Shown: positions 28,105-39,695, counted from the first letter of the stretch. The stretch is 64,000 nt of DNA from Candidatus Sumerlaeia bacterium (GCA_033764015.1 JANRJK010000002.1:96001-160000); one strand, 5' to 3'. The notes: a model not told the origin generated them from the sequence alone. Program-made: numbers and translations.

Positions 28105-31100
28105 ATGAAGCTATTCCCCAAAGCTCCAAGGGCACTCGCAGCGCGTGCGCACATCGTGGCGGCGGCGTTCGCGGCGTTCGCCGCCGCCGCGGCGGGCTCC
28201 GGCCCGCGCGGTGCGGAAAACCCTGATTGCGGGCAAGACATCGAGGCCCGCGTCAACTCGGTCTCGGTAAGCGACAACACGATCACCATTGGAGGCGTCA
28301 CAGTTGCCATCAACGGGCTCACGAAGCTGGAAGACGACGACAACAACACGCTGACGCTCGGGGACTTCACGCCTGGGGACTTCGCCGAGACGGAGGGTTG
28401 CTACCAGCCTGACGGCAGCTACCTCGCCGCCAAAGTCGAGAAGCGGATGCAGGACCCCGACGACGACTCGGACTGCGAGTCGAAGATCGAGGGACCGGTG
28501 ACTGTCGCGGATCCCGCCGCGGGAAGTTGGGTGATCGCTGGCGTGACGGTTACCGCCGGCCCCGGCGTCGAGTACGAGGACGCCGCGGGCAACCCGGTCG
28601 CGGCGACGGCCTTCACGGTCGGCATCTTCGCCGAGGCGGAAGGTTGCTACCAGCCCGACGGCTCGCTGCTGGCGCGCGAGATCGAGCTTTCCGACGGCAC
28701 CCCCGGCGGCGGCGGCTCGACGCCGCCCTCGAACCGGTGCGAGCAGGAGTTCTCCGGCGTGGTCAATTCGGCCAACGAGACCTCCGGCACGCTGGTGCTG
28801 GGCGGGCGCACCGTGGCGACGGATTCGCGCACGGCGTTCCTTGACGACAACAACCAGCCAACGACCTTCGCCGCGTTCCAGCCGGGCGTCTTCGCCGAGG
28901 CGGAGGGCTGCATCCAGGGGGACGGCTCGCTCCTCGCCCGCAAGGTGAAGCTGGACGACGATGCGGACCCGGCCGGGACCGGCTGCGGGTTCGAGCACGA
29001 AGGCGCCATCGGCGCCATCGACGGCGGCGCGCGCACCATGACGATCCGCGGCATGCTGGTGCGGACCACCGCCGGAACCGAGTTCCGCAGCCGCGCCGGG
29101 GCGCCCATCGCCTTCGAGGACTTCGCCGCGGGCGACTACGCCGAGGCGGAGGGCTGCGTCGCCGACGACGGCTCGCTCGCCGCGCGCGAGGTCAAGCTGC
29201 GCGCGGAGGACTTCTCCGACGATCCGGGCGACGACGACGCCGCTGGTTGCGGGCAGGAGCTTCGCGGGATCGCCGCCGCCATCGACGGCGCTTCCATGAG
29301 CTTCGAGCTGAACGGAGTCGTGGTGTTCGCCACCGCCGGCACCGAGATCAAGGAGGACGGCGGCGCGCCGCTGGCCTTCTCCGCGCTCGCCAACGGCGAC
29401 GGCCTCAAGGCCGAGGGCTGCATCCGTCCTGACGGGTCGCTCCTCGCGGGCGAGATCGAGCGGCAGTTCTCCGTCGGCCAAACTCCTCCGCCCGGGTTCG
29501 GCGAGGACTTCGAGGTCTTCGGCATCATCGAATCTGTGAACCTTGTGGACCGGCGCATCGTGGTCGAAGGCGTCACCTTCCAGGCGGACGACACCACGGT
29601 GATCCTCTCGACGCGCAACACGCCGATCGAGTTCGCGGACCTTGGCGCCGGGCAGGCGGTCGAGGCGAAGGGCTTCCCCACGGCGACAGCAGGCGTTTTC
29701 GCCGCCACGCGCATCAAGCTGGAGGACGAGAACACCGGCGGCGGCGAGACCACCACGCAGGTCGCCACCGGCGTCGTCGAGGCCAACACAGGCTCGACGC
29801 TCACCGTCGGCGGAACTGAGTACGCCATCACGGGCACGACGCGGTTCAAGAGCTTCGGCAACGCGCCGGCGGTGGTCGGCGACTTCGTTGCGGGCAGCAT
29901 CGCGAAGGTCGAGGCGGTGCCCGCAGCCGCGGGTTCGCCGATCGCGGTCGAGGTCGAAATGGAAGGCGGCGTGATCGGCGCCATCGACGGCACCGCGCGC
30001 ACGTTCACCGCGGGCGGCGTCGTGATCGCCGTCGGCTCGGGGACCAGCCTCGAGGAGCTGAACGGCGCCCCGCTGGCCTTCGGCGACTTCTTCATCGGCG
30101 ACCTGATCGACCCGAGCGGCACCTTCGCGGCGGGCGTGCTGAACGCCGGCTCCGTCACCCGCATCGGCAGCGTTGGCATCTCCGGCGCCATCACGGGCTT
30201 CAACGCCGTGGCGGACGCGTCGAACAACGGCATCCCGGCGATCCGCGCCGACCAGCTCGGCACCTTCGGGTTCATGGAACTGCCGCTCTCGTCGCTGCGC
30301 CGCCGTCCGTCGACGCTGTACGAGCTGACGGCGCGCCTCTCGACGGACCTCGGGAACAAGGCCGTGGCGCCCGTCATCCGAGTCCGCGCGAACATGGACC
30401 ACTTCCAGCGCGGCCTCGAGTTCGTCATCACGAGCACCGCGGACGGGCGCTTCTCGCCCGACATCGCGGGCGCCGAGTACAAGGCGTACTTCGCCCCGAC
30501 GCTTCCGCCCTCGATCCCCGGCCAGTCCCCCGACTGGTTCGCCACCATCGACCTCCTGAGCACGCTCCCGGAGGACGCCGCCATCGCGACGGTGCGCTTC
30601 GAGGGCTTCGAGGCCACGCCGATCCCGATGTCCCGGGTCCGCGTCGCGCGAACGCTACTCGACGAGGCGTTCTCCCGTCCGGACCACGGATGGACCTTCG
30701 GCGCCGCGCCGGAGTTCTTCCCCGCGCCGGCGTCCGGCTACGACCCCGTCGGCGGCGCGCTGTCGCTCACGCCCAACGACGAGTCCGCCTTCGGCTACTG
30801 GGAGCGCCAGACCGGCATCCCGGTGGAAGGCGGCAAGCTCTACCGCGCCCGCATGTACGTGCGTTCCGACGCCGCCAACAAGGCCGCCGTCCCTACCTTC
30901 CGCGTGCGCGTGAACCTCGCCTCGTTCCAGCTCGGAGCCGTGACCGTGATCGAAAGCACCGGCAACGGCGACGAGTCGCCCACCGCGGAGGCCCGCCTGT
31001 ACGACGCGTACCTGCGCGTGCCGGGGACTCCTGTGGATTCCGACTCTCTGCTGCTTGCCTTCGACGTGCTCAAGTCGCAGCTCGACGACGCGCTCGGCAC

Positions 31101-31152
31101 AACGCTCTACCTCGACCGCGTGCGGGTGGAGGAGTTGGTGATCGTGCCGTAA
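28105..31152 (+). CDS. Secreted DUF5666-repeat protein with two tandem C-terminal beta-sandwich domains
   Basis: Signal peptide; about 8 repeats of G.I..ID......GV.V.....T......G...EAEG....DGSL.A..V. Confidence 0.82.
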   Translation: MKLFPKAPRALAARAHIVAAAFAAFAAAAAGSGPRGAENPDCGQDIEARVNSVSVSDNTITIGGVTVAINGLTKLEDDDNNTLTLGDFTPGDFAETEGCYQPDGSYLAAKVEKRMQDPDDDSDCESKIEGPVTVADPAAGSWVIAGVTVTAGPGVEYEDAAGNPVAATAFTVGIFAEAEGCYQPDGSLLAREIELSDGTPGGGGSTPPSNRCEQEFSGVVNSANETSGTLVLGGRTVATDSRTAFLDDNNQPTTFAAFQPGVFAEAEGCIQGDGSLLARKVKLDDDADPAGTGCGFEHEGAIGAIDGGARTMTIRGMLVRTTAGTEFRSRAGAPIAFEDFAAGDYAEAEGCVADDGSLAAREVKLRAEDFSDDPGDDDAAGCGQELRGIAAAIDGASMSFELNGVVVFATAGTEIKEDGGAPLAFSALANGDGLKAEGCIRPDGSLLAGEIERQFSVGQTPPPGFGEDFEVFGIIESVNLVDRRIVVEGVTFQADDTTVILSTRNTPIEFADLGAGQAVEAKGFPTATAGVFAATRIKLEDENTGGGETTTQVATGVVEANTGSTLTVGGTEYAITGTTRFKSFGNAPAVVGDFVAGSIAKVEAVPAAAGSPIAVEVEMEGGVIGAIDGTARTFTAGGVVIAVGSGTSLEELNGAPLAFGDFFIGDLIDPSGTFAAGVLNAGSVTRIGSVGISGAITGFNAVADASNNGIPAIRADQLGTFGFMELPLSSLRRRPSTLYELTARLSTDLGNKAVAPVIRVRANMDHFQRGLEFVITSTADGRFSPDIAGAEYKAYFAPTLPPSIPGQSPDWFATIDLLSTLPEDAAIATVRFEGFEATPIPMSRVRVARTLLDEAFSRPDHGWTFGAAPEFFPAPASGYDPVGGALSLTPNDESAFGYWERQTGIPVEGGKLYRARMYVRSDAANKAAVPTFRVRVNLASFQLGAVTVIESTGNGDESPTAEARLYDAYLRVPGTPVDSDSLLLAFDVLKSQLDDALGTTLYLDRVRVEELVIVP

Positions 31153-31178
31153 CCGCACCCGCGGCGCGGCGAACTGCG

Positions 31179-31212
31179 AAGCGCCCGGGCCCTTGGAGGC
31201 CCGGGCGCTTTC
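31179..31212 (+). terminator. Intrinsic terminator
   Basis: AAGCGCCCGGGCC-cttgga-GGCCCGGGCGCTT. Confidence 0.7.
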
Positions 31213-31307
31213 GCGTTGCGGGAGGCGGGCTCCCCCGCGCTTTCCGGCTGACACCCGGCGCCCCACGCGGTCTCCTTGCGGCGACAGCTTCCGGATAGGA
31301 GCCACCC

Positions 31308-32492
31308 ATGGGCGCGATCCGCCTCGACGACATGCTCGCGGAAATGGTCGAGCGCAATTCCTCCGACATGTTCATCAAGGCCGGCGTGCCGCCGCACATG
31401 CGACTCGACGGCAAGATCGTCACCATGGACTACGACGAGCTCTCCATGGACGACGTCCAGGCGCTCGCCTACAGCCTCATGACCGAGGAGCAGATCAACC
31501 GCTTCGAGAAGATCCCCGAGATGGACCTCGCGATGGGCGTGCGCGGCGTCGGGCGCTTCCGCGTCAACCTCTTCCGCCAGCGCGGCAGCATCGGCATGGT
31601 CTTCCGCCACATCAAGACGCCGACCTTCAACTTCCAGGACCTCCACCTGCCGGACACCGTGCGGCAGCTCTCGGACCGCGTCCGCGGGCTGGTCCTGGTG
31701 ACGGGCACCACCGGCTCCGGCAAGTCGACCACCCTCGCCGCGATGATCAACCACATCAACGAGTCGCGGAAGGCCCACATCGTCACCATCGAGGACCCGA
31801 TCGAGTTCCTGCACCAGGACAAGATGTCCATCGTCTGCCAGCGCGAGGTGGGCTTCGACACCAAGACCTTCCAGGACGCGCTGCGCCACGTGCTGCGCCA
31901 GTCGCCCGACGTGATCCTGGTGGGCGAAATGCGCGACCTCGAGACGGTCTCGACGTCCCTCGCCGCCGCGGAGACGGGCCACCTCGTGTTCTCCACGCTC
32001 CACACCATGGACGCGGTGCAGACCGTCGAGCGCATCATCAACTTCTACCCGGCGTACCTCCACGCGCAAATCCGCATGGAAATGTCGCTGGGCCTGCAGG
32101 GCGTCGTCAGCCAGCGCCTCCTCCCGCGCAAGCGCGGCATGGGCCGCGTGCCCGCCATCGAAATCCTCGTCAACTCCCCCCTCATCAAGAAGCTGCTCCA
32201 CGAGGGCAAGACGCTCGAACTGCTCCAGACCATCGAGGCGTCCGGCTCCTGGGGCATGCAGTCCTTCAACCAGTCGCTCTTCATGCTGATCCAGGAGAAC
32301 CTGGTGAACGTGGAGGATGCGATGCTCTACGCGACGAGCCCGGAGGAACTGCGCCTCATGATCGACGGCATCACGTCGGGCAGCGGGAACCGGTTCATCA
32401 ACCCGGCGGACAACATGGGCCTGCAGGCGACGCCGATCCCGATCCAGGGGAGGTCCTCGTCGACCGCGGTGCGGCGCCCCGGCTCCTCCTGA
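31308..32492 (+). CDS. PilT/PilU-family type IV pilus ATPase (PilU-like)
   Basis: RFRVNLFRQ, GTTGSGKST, TIEDPIE, QREVG, GEMRD, TGHLVFSTLH, GMQSF. Confidence 0.92.
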   Translation: MGAIRLDDMLAEMVERNSSDMFIKAGVPPHMRLDGKIVTMDYDELSMDDVQALAYSLMTEEQINRFEKIPEMDLAMGVRGVGRFRVNLFRQRGSIGMVFRHIKTPTFNFQDLHLPDTVRQLSDRVRGLVLVTGTTGSGKSTTLAAMINHINESRKAHIVTIEDPIEFLHQDKMSIVCQREVGFDTKTFQDALRHVLRQSPDVILVGEMRDLETVSTSLAAAETGHLVFSTLHTMDAVQTVERIINFYPAYLHAQIRMEMSLGLQGVVSQRLLPRKRGMGRVPAIEILVNSPLIKKLLHEGKTLELLQTIEASGSWGMQSFNQSLFMLIQENLVNVEDAMLYATSPEELRLMIDGITSGSGNRFINPADNMGLQATPIPIQGRSSSTAVRRPGSS

Positions 32493-32498
32493 GCGGGG

Positions 32499-34373
32499 TC
32501 AGACCACGCGCTTGAACCAGCGCTCCAGCTCGCCGCGCGCGACGCGGACCACAGTGGGGCGCCCGTGCGGGCACTGGAAGGACAGGCGCTCGGCGCGCAT
32601 CTGGGCGAGCAGCCGGCGCATCTGCTCCATCGGCAGCGGATCGCCCGCTCGGATCGCGGAGTGGCACGCCGTCCGGATCAGCAGCGCGTCGCGGCGCCTG
32701 GCGAGCGCATCGGGGCCGGTGAAGCGCTCGAAGTCCTCCAGCAGGTCGATCACGAGCGCCACCGCGTCCACCTCCGCGGCGTCCGCGGGCACCGCCGCCA
32801 CGCGCCAGGTCCGCGGGCCGAACTCCTCCAAGTGGAAGCCGAGCCGCTCCAACAGCGGAAGCGACTCGCGCAACAGCGGCTGCTGCGCCGGCGGCACCTC
32901 GAGCAGCGGTGGGAGGAGCAGCGCCTGCGAGGCGGCCTCCGCGGGGCGGCGGAGCAGTTCGAGATAGCGCAGCCGCTCGTGCGCCGCGTGCTGATCCACC
33001 AGCAGCAGGTCCTCGCCGAAGCGGGCGACGATGTAGGTGTTCGCAAGCTGGCCGAGCGGCTCCGCCACGTGCGGCGCGGACCAGAACTCGGCTTCGGGGC
33101 GCTCGCCCGGCCCGGCGCTGAGCGGCGACCGGTCGCCGTGGCGCAGGTCGAGAGGCGCGGCCGGCCCCGTCGCGATGCCGGCGGCCATCGACTCCGGCAG
33201 GCGCGCCAGTGCGTTGAGCCTCGCGGCGTCGGCGAGCCAGTCCCGCTGCGCGGGGCGCGGCGCGGCCGGCGCCATGCCGCGCGTGGCGAGCGACTCCGCG
33301 CTGGTGAAGAACCCGGGCAGCCCCGGCGGCGGCGGGGGAGCGGCCTCCGCGGCGGGCCCCTCCGCGCGGCGCACGTCGAAGCCTCGCGCCGAGCCGGCGC
33401 CGATCGCGGCCTCGACCGCGCGGAAGACCGCGCCGGCCACCTCGCGCTCGTCCTCGAAGCGCACCTCCTCCTTCGTCGGATGCACGTTGAAGTCCACCGC
33501 CTCCGGCGGCACATCGATCATGACGCACGCCATCGGGAAGCGGCCCACCATGAGGTGCCCCTTGCACGCCTGCTCGAGCGCAGCCGCCAGCGTCCGGCTC
33601 GTGAACGGGCGCCCGTTGACGTAGAGCAACTCCCAGCGCCGGTCGCCGCGGGTGCACTGCGGCGGCGCGATCCAGCCCCCGATACGGATGCCCGGGCGCT
33701 CGTGCGAGAGCGCGGCCAGCGGCTCCGTGAGCGCGCTCCCGAGCAGCGCGGCGAAGCGGTCGCGGAGCCCCTGCTCCGCCGGCAGGTCGAGAAGCTCCTC
33801 CCCCTCGCGCTCGACGCGGAAGCCGACGAGGTCCGCCGCGAGCGCTTGCCGCGTGGCGACTTGGAGGACTGCGTTGAGTTCGCCGACCGGGGACTTGAGG
33901 AACTTCAAGCGGGCCGGGGTGTTGAAGAAGAGGTCGCGCACGGCGATGCGTGTGCCCGGCGGGGCGCCGACCGGTTCGAGACGCTGGAGGATGCCACCTT
34001 CGACGACGATACGGGTGCCGGAGAGCTCGTCGCGCCGCCGGGTTGCGAGCTCCATCCGCGAAACCGCGGCGATCGACGCGAGTGCCTCGCCCCGGAAACC
34101 CCTTGTCCGCAGATGGATCAAGTCGTCGATAGAAGCGATCTTGCTCGTCGCGTGGCGCTGGAGCGACATCTCCGCGTCGTCCCGCGACATGCCGGAGCCG
34201 TCGTCGGTGACGACCGCGTCGCGGAGCTGGTTGGCGAATTCGACACGGATCCGAGTCGCGCCGGCGTCGATGGAGTTTTCGACCAGTTCCTTGAGGACAC
34301 TGGCCATGCGGACGATCACCTCGCCGGCGGCGATCTGGTTGATGAGCGTTTGCGGGAGGATGCGGACGGGCAT
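32499..34373 (-). CDS. mutL: DNA mismatch repair protein MutL
   Basis: NQIAAGEV, KELVENSIDAG, RHATSK, GFRGEAL, NVHPTK, DQHAAHER, ACH, CPHGRP. Confidence 0.96.
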   Translation of the reverse strand: MPVRILPQTLINQIAAGEVIVRMASVLKELVENSIDAGATRIRVEFANQLRDAVVTDDGSGMSRDDAEMSLQRHATSKIASIDDLIHLRTRGFRGEALASIAAVSRMELATRRRDELSGTRIVVEGGILQRLEPVGAPPGTRIAVRDLFFNTPARLKFLKSPVGELNAVLQVATRQALAADLVGFRVEREGEELLDLPAEQGLRDRFAALLGSALTEPLAALSHERPGIRIGGWIAPPQCTRGDRRWELLYVNGRPFTSRTLAAALEQACKGHLMVGRFPMACVMIDVPPEAVDFNVHPTKEEVRFEDEREVAGAVFRAVEAAIGAGSARGFDVRRAEGPAAEAAPPPPPGLPGFFTSAESLATRGMAPAAPRPAQRDWLADAARLNALARLPESMAAGIATGPAAPLDLRHGDRSPLSAGPGERPEAEFWSAPHVAEPLGQLANTYIVARFGEDLLLVDQHAAHERLRYLELLRRPAEAASQALLLPPLLEVPPAQQPLLRESLPLLERLGFHLEEFGPRTWRVAAVPADAAEVDAVALVIDLLEDFERFTGPDALARRRDALLIRTACHSAIRAGDPLPMEQMRRLLAQMRAERLSFQCPHGRPTVVRVARGELERWFKRVV

Positions 34374-34384
34374 GGCGGGGGCCT

Positions 34385-34422
34385 AAAAAATACTTTCGCC
34401 CCGGCATCGCCGGGGCGAAAGC
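34385..34422 (-). terminator. Intrinsic terminator immediately upstream of mutL
   Basis: Minus strand GCTTTCGCCCCGGC-gat-GCCGGGGCGAAAGT-ATTTTTT. Confidence 0.85.
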
Positions 34423-34495
34423 AAAACAGGGTGGACCCCACGTGACACCCTGCTTAGGTTTGGATCAAGGAGCGATCAACAAACACCATACTGCC
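34385..34495 (-). ncRNA. Candidate sigma54-dependent small RNA (~110 nt, three stem-loops, anti-SD loop)
   Basis: Lies between a -24/-12 box (34520-34505) and an intrinsic terminator; SL1 loop GCUCCUU; SL2 10-bp stem. Confidence 0.65.
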
Positions 34496-34504
34496 TAGTT
34501 GGGT

Positions 34505-34520
34505 AGCACATGATGGGCCA
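34505..34520 (-). promoter_or_regulatory. sigma54 (-24/-12) promoter
   Basis: TGGCCCATCATGTGCT, exact GG-N10-GC spacing. Confidence 0.7.
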
Positions 34521-34549
34521 GTCTCGGATCGTGGTGCTAAGTGTAGTTA

Positions 34550-34562
34550 AGTCAAGAATTTG
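34550..34562. promoter_or_regulatory. IHF-like binding site
   Basis: AGTCAAGAATTTG versus WATCAANNNNTTR (1 mismatch), in an AT-rich patch between UAS and promoter. Confidence 0.5.
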
Positions 34563-34594
34563 AGTTAAGTGGATCTGGGGTGGCGGCGATGCGA

Positions 34595-34611
34595 TGTAAA
34601 GACGATTTACA
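34595..34611. promoter_or_regulatory. Palindromic enhancer (UAS) candidate
   Basis: TGTAAA-gacga-TTTACA, about 100-117 bp upstream of the predicted TSS. Confidence 0.6.
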
Positions 34612-34679
34612 CTGGCTGGTTCTAATGGCGGCAATTTTCTGCCCAATTGGTGGTTAAGCCGAAATCTCGGCGTGCTCCT

Positions 34680-36601
<1,922 letters not shown>

Positions 36602-36605
<4 letters not shown>

Positions 36606-38002
36606 TCGCCGCAGCGGAGCTGGAACTCGTCGCGCGCCGGCGCCGCGGCCTCCGGTCCCACGAGCGCTTCGAGCCGCTCGACCCAACCCTTCGCCGCGAA
36701 GCACTCCTCCGCGTCGAGCGCGACGAAGACCGCCTTCATCACGATGCCGGGATCGCGCCCGGCGTTTTCCACCGCGCGCGTCGCGAGCGGCATCGCCTCG
36801 GCCGCCCGCCCGTCGCCGCGCAGAATCCCCGCAAGCTCGATGAGCGCGTTCGGCTCGTCCGGCTCCAGTTCGACCGCGCGGGAGAAGTCGGCCCCCGCGC
36901 CGCCCGCGTCCCCCTGCGCCAGGCGCGCCACGCCGCGGATGAAGACCGCGTTCTGGAATCCCGGGTGCTTCTCCACGATGGGATCGAGGAGTTCCTGCGC
37001 CTTGGCGGCGCTCTTGGCGGCGCGCTCCTGCGACTCCTGGGGTTCGAAGACCAGGCGCACCGCGCGCCGGAAGCGCTCGTCGTCCTCCTTGTGGTCGACG
37101 GCGAACAGCGTGCGCGCGGCCGCGCGGGCGGTGCGCCCGTCGCCCTGCCCGCGCGCGTGCTCCCGCGCCGCCTCCAGTTCCGTCCGCGCCTCGTCGCGCT
37201 GCTTGCGCCCCATTTCGCTGAGCGTGGCGCCGAGCTGGTAGCGGAGCCGCGGGTTGTCCGGATGCCGCTCGAGCGCGAGCCGGTAGTCCGCGACGGCCTC
37301 CTCGCGGCGGTCCTGCTCGACCAGCCACCCGCACCACAGCAGCAGGGCGTTCTCCTCGAACCGCTCCGCCTCGATGGCGCGCAGGAAGAGCTCGCGGGCG
37401 CGCTTGCGGTCGCCGATGGAGGTGGCCGCCTTGATCGCGTTGTTGTACGCGGCGCCCCACTGCGGATCGGCCGCGGTGGCGGCCTCGAAGGAGTCGAGCG
37501 CCTCCGCCATGCGACCTCCCATGGCCAAGGTGACGCCCAGTTCGTTGTGCGTGCGCGCGGGGGGCGCGCCGAGTTCGAGCGCCTTGCGGAACGCGGTCTC
37601 CGCGCGGGTGAGGTCGCGCGCCTGCCGCTTCGACAACAGGCCGATCCACTCCCACGCGGTGGCCAGCCCGGCGTCGATGTAGGCGGCGCGTTCGAACTGC
37701 GCGAGCGCGCGCCCGTCCTCGCCGGCGGCCTCGAGCGCCTCGCCGTAGGCGACGAACGCTGCGGCGTCCGTGGGATCCTCCTCCACCAGGGCGGCGAGCC
37801 GCGCGATGCGGTCCGCCGCGGGAATCGACTCGTTGCCCAGGATCTCGATGGCGCGGTCGCCGGCGCTGCGAGGCGGTTGCGCCTCCTGCGCCGGCGCGAG
37901 CGCCGCCGCTGCGATGAGCAGCGCGGCGAGGGCTTGCCCGCGCCGGACCGTGGCGCTTAGCTGCGGAGAACGAAATCCCGTGCCCGGAGACGTGATCGAC
38001 AT
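36602..38002 (-). CDS. Exported multi-TPR protein (start uncertain)
   Basis: Signal-like ALAALLIAAAALA; many TPR motifs. Confidence 0.8.
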
Positions 38003-38474
38003 GGACCGTGACCAGCTTTTGGAAGAGTTGGAGACATCGCGCGACGCCGTGTTGGCGGCCTTCGACTGCCCACGCGAGTTCTGGGATTCCAGCTACGCGC
38101 CGGGCAAGTGGACGGTGCGCCAAATCCTGACCCACATCGCCGACACGGAGTTGGTCTACTACCTCCGCTTCTCGAAGGCGGTCGCCGAGCCCGGCACGGC
38201 GGTGGAGGCGTTCGACGAGAACGCCTGGGCGCGCCTCGAAGCGGCGACGCGGTCGCCGTCGGCCACCCGCGCGATGTTCGACGCGGTGCGCGAGGCGCTC
38301 ATCTCGCGGCTGCGCGGCCTCGACGACGCCGCCCTGGAGCGCACCGTGGCGCATCCGGAGCGCGGGGCCCTCTCAGCGCGCGCGATCCTCGGCTCCGCTT
38401 CCAAGCACGGACCCCACCACGCCGGACAGGTGCTGGCGGTGCGCGACGGCAAGCCCTGGCAGCCTCCGGTGTGA
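38001..38474 (+). CDS. DinB/YfiT-family protein
   Basis: YAPGKWTVRQILTHIADTE, FDENAW, HGPHHAGQ. Confidence 0.85.
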   Translation: MDRDQLLEELETSRDAVLAAFDCPREFWDSSYAPGKWTVRQILTHIADTELVYYLRFSKAVAEPGTAVEAFDENAWARLEAATRSPSATRAMFDAVREALISRLRGLDDAALERTVAHPERGALSARAILGSASKHGPHHAGQVLAVRDGKPWQPPV

Positions 38475-39382
38475 CGGCGGAACCAGCCGCCTACCTCGCC
38501 GGCGCCACCGCGTCGGGCAAGTCCGCCGAGGCGGTCCGCCTCGCCCGCGCCCTAGGTCTCGCCATCGTCTCCTGCGACGCCTTGCAGGTTTACCGCGGCA
38601 TCGAGATCGGCACCGCGCAGCCTCTCGAATCGGAGCGCGGCGGGGTGCCGCACCATCTGCTGGGGTGCTCGGACGTCGCGGAGGAGTGGCACGCGGCGCG
38701 GTTCGCCCGCGAGGCCCGCGAAGCCATCGAGGCGGAGGCGCGCGCCGGTCGCCGGTGCCTCGTCGTCGGCGGCACCGGCCTCTGGCTCCGCGCGCTCCGC
38801 GAGGGCCTCTTCGATGGACCGGGCCGCGACGAGGAGCTGCGCCGGGAACTGCGCGCGGTGCTGGCGGAGCGCGGTCCCGGGGGGCTCCATGCGCTCCTCG
38901 CCGAGGAAGATCCGGAGGCCGCCGCCGCGCTCCGCCCCGCGGACCACGTCCGCGTCCTGCGGGCGCTCGAAGTGTGGCGCCTCACCGGGCGCTCGATCGC
39001 GGACTGGCAACGGGAGGACGCGGCGCGCCGCGGGGCGCTGGGGCCCCTGCCGCCGCTCTTCGTGCTCCAGCGGCCCCGCGGGGAACTCCATGCCCGCATC
39101 GCGGCCCGCGTGGACAGGATGCTCGCGGACGGTTGGCTGGCGGAAGCGGGGCGCCTGCGCGAACGCGCCCTCCCCGAGCACGCGCCGCCCAGCAAAGCGC
39201 TCGGCTACCGGGAACTGTCCGCCGTGCTCGACGGGCGCGCGACGCTGGCGGAGGTGAGGGAACGGATCGTCGCCGGCACCCGCCAGTTCGCCCGGCGCCA
39301 GGAGACTTGGTTCCGGGCGGAGCGCGGCGCGGTCGCGGCGGGCCCCGGGTGCGCGGAGCTGGAGGCGCTGCTCAGTCGGTGA
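38471..39382 (+). CDS. miaA: tRNA dimethylallyltransferase
   Basis: GATASGKS, DALQVYRG.EIGTA, HHL, VGGTGLW, RALEV, ALGY, RRQETWFR. Confidence 0.93.
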   Translation: MTAEPAAYLAGATASGKSAEAVRLARALGLAIVSCDALQVYRGIEIGTAQPLESERGGVPHHLLGCSDVAEEWHAARFAREAREAIEAEARAGRRCLVVGGTGLWLRALREGLFDGPGRDEELRRELRAVLAERGPGGLHALLAEEDPEAAAALRPADHVRVLRALEVWRLTGRSIADWQREDAARRGALGPLPPLFVLQRPRGELHARIAARVDRMLADGWLAEAGRLRERALPEHAPPSKALGYRELSAVLDGRATLAEVRERIVAGTRQFARRQETWFRAERGAVAAGPGCAELEALLSR

Positions 39383-39695
39383 TCTTGTTCTTCAGGTGCG
39401 GGATCGTGTCCGACTTACCCGCCTCCATGTACTTCGACTCGGAGCCGGTCTGCGTGACGTTCTCGTAAACGCCGGTGTCGCGCTTCACCAGCTTGGTGAA
39501 GCCGAGGTTCTTCAGTTCCGTGTTGGTCTTGGGCGTGGCGATTCCGGGCGCGAAGAGCAGCCGCTCGACGGGCGCTCCGCACCGCGGGCAGCAGGCGACC
39601 GCATCGTCCTTCATGCTCTGGAGGACTTGGAAGACGTTCGAGCAGTGGGGGCAGCCTTCGTGCCCGTCCAGGACGCGGTATTCGTATAGCGGCAT
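39372..39695 (-). CDS. FmdB-family zinc ribbon protein
   Basis: MPLYEY, CPHC, CPRCG, GFTKLVK. Confidence 0.85.
   Translation of the reverse strand: MPLYEYRVLDGHEGCPHCSNVFQVLQSMKDDAVACCPRCGAPVERLLFAPGIATPKTNTELKNLGFTKLVKRDTGVYENVTQTGSESKYMEAGKSDTIPHLKNKITD

Noticed and set aside
34454..34489. 11-codon ORF MVFVDRSLIQT as a stand-alone CDS
   Set aside because: No RBS and embedded in the stem-loop; kept only as an alternative hypothesis
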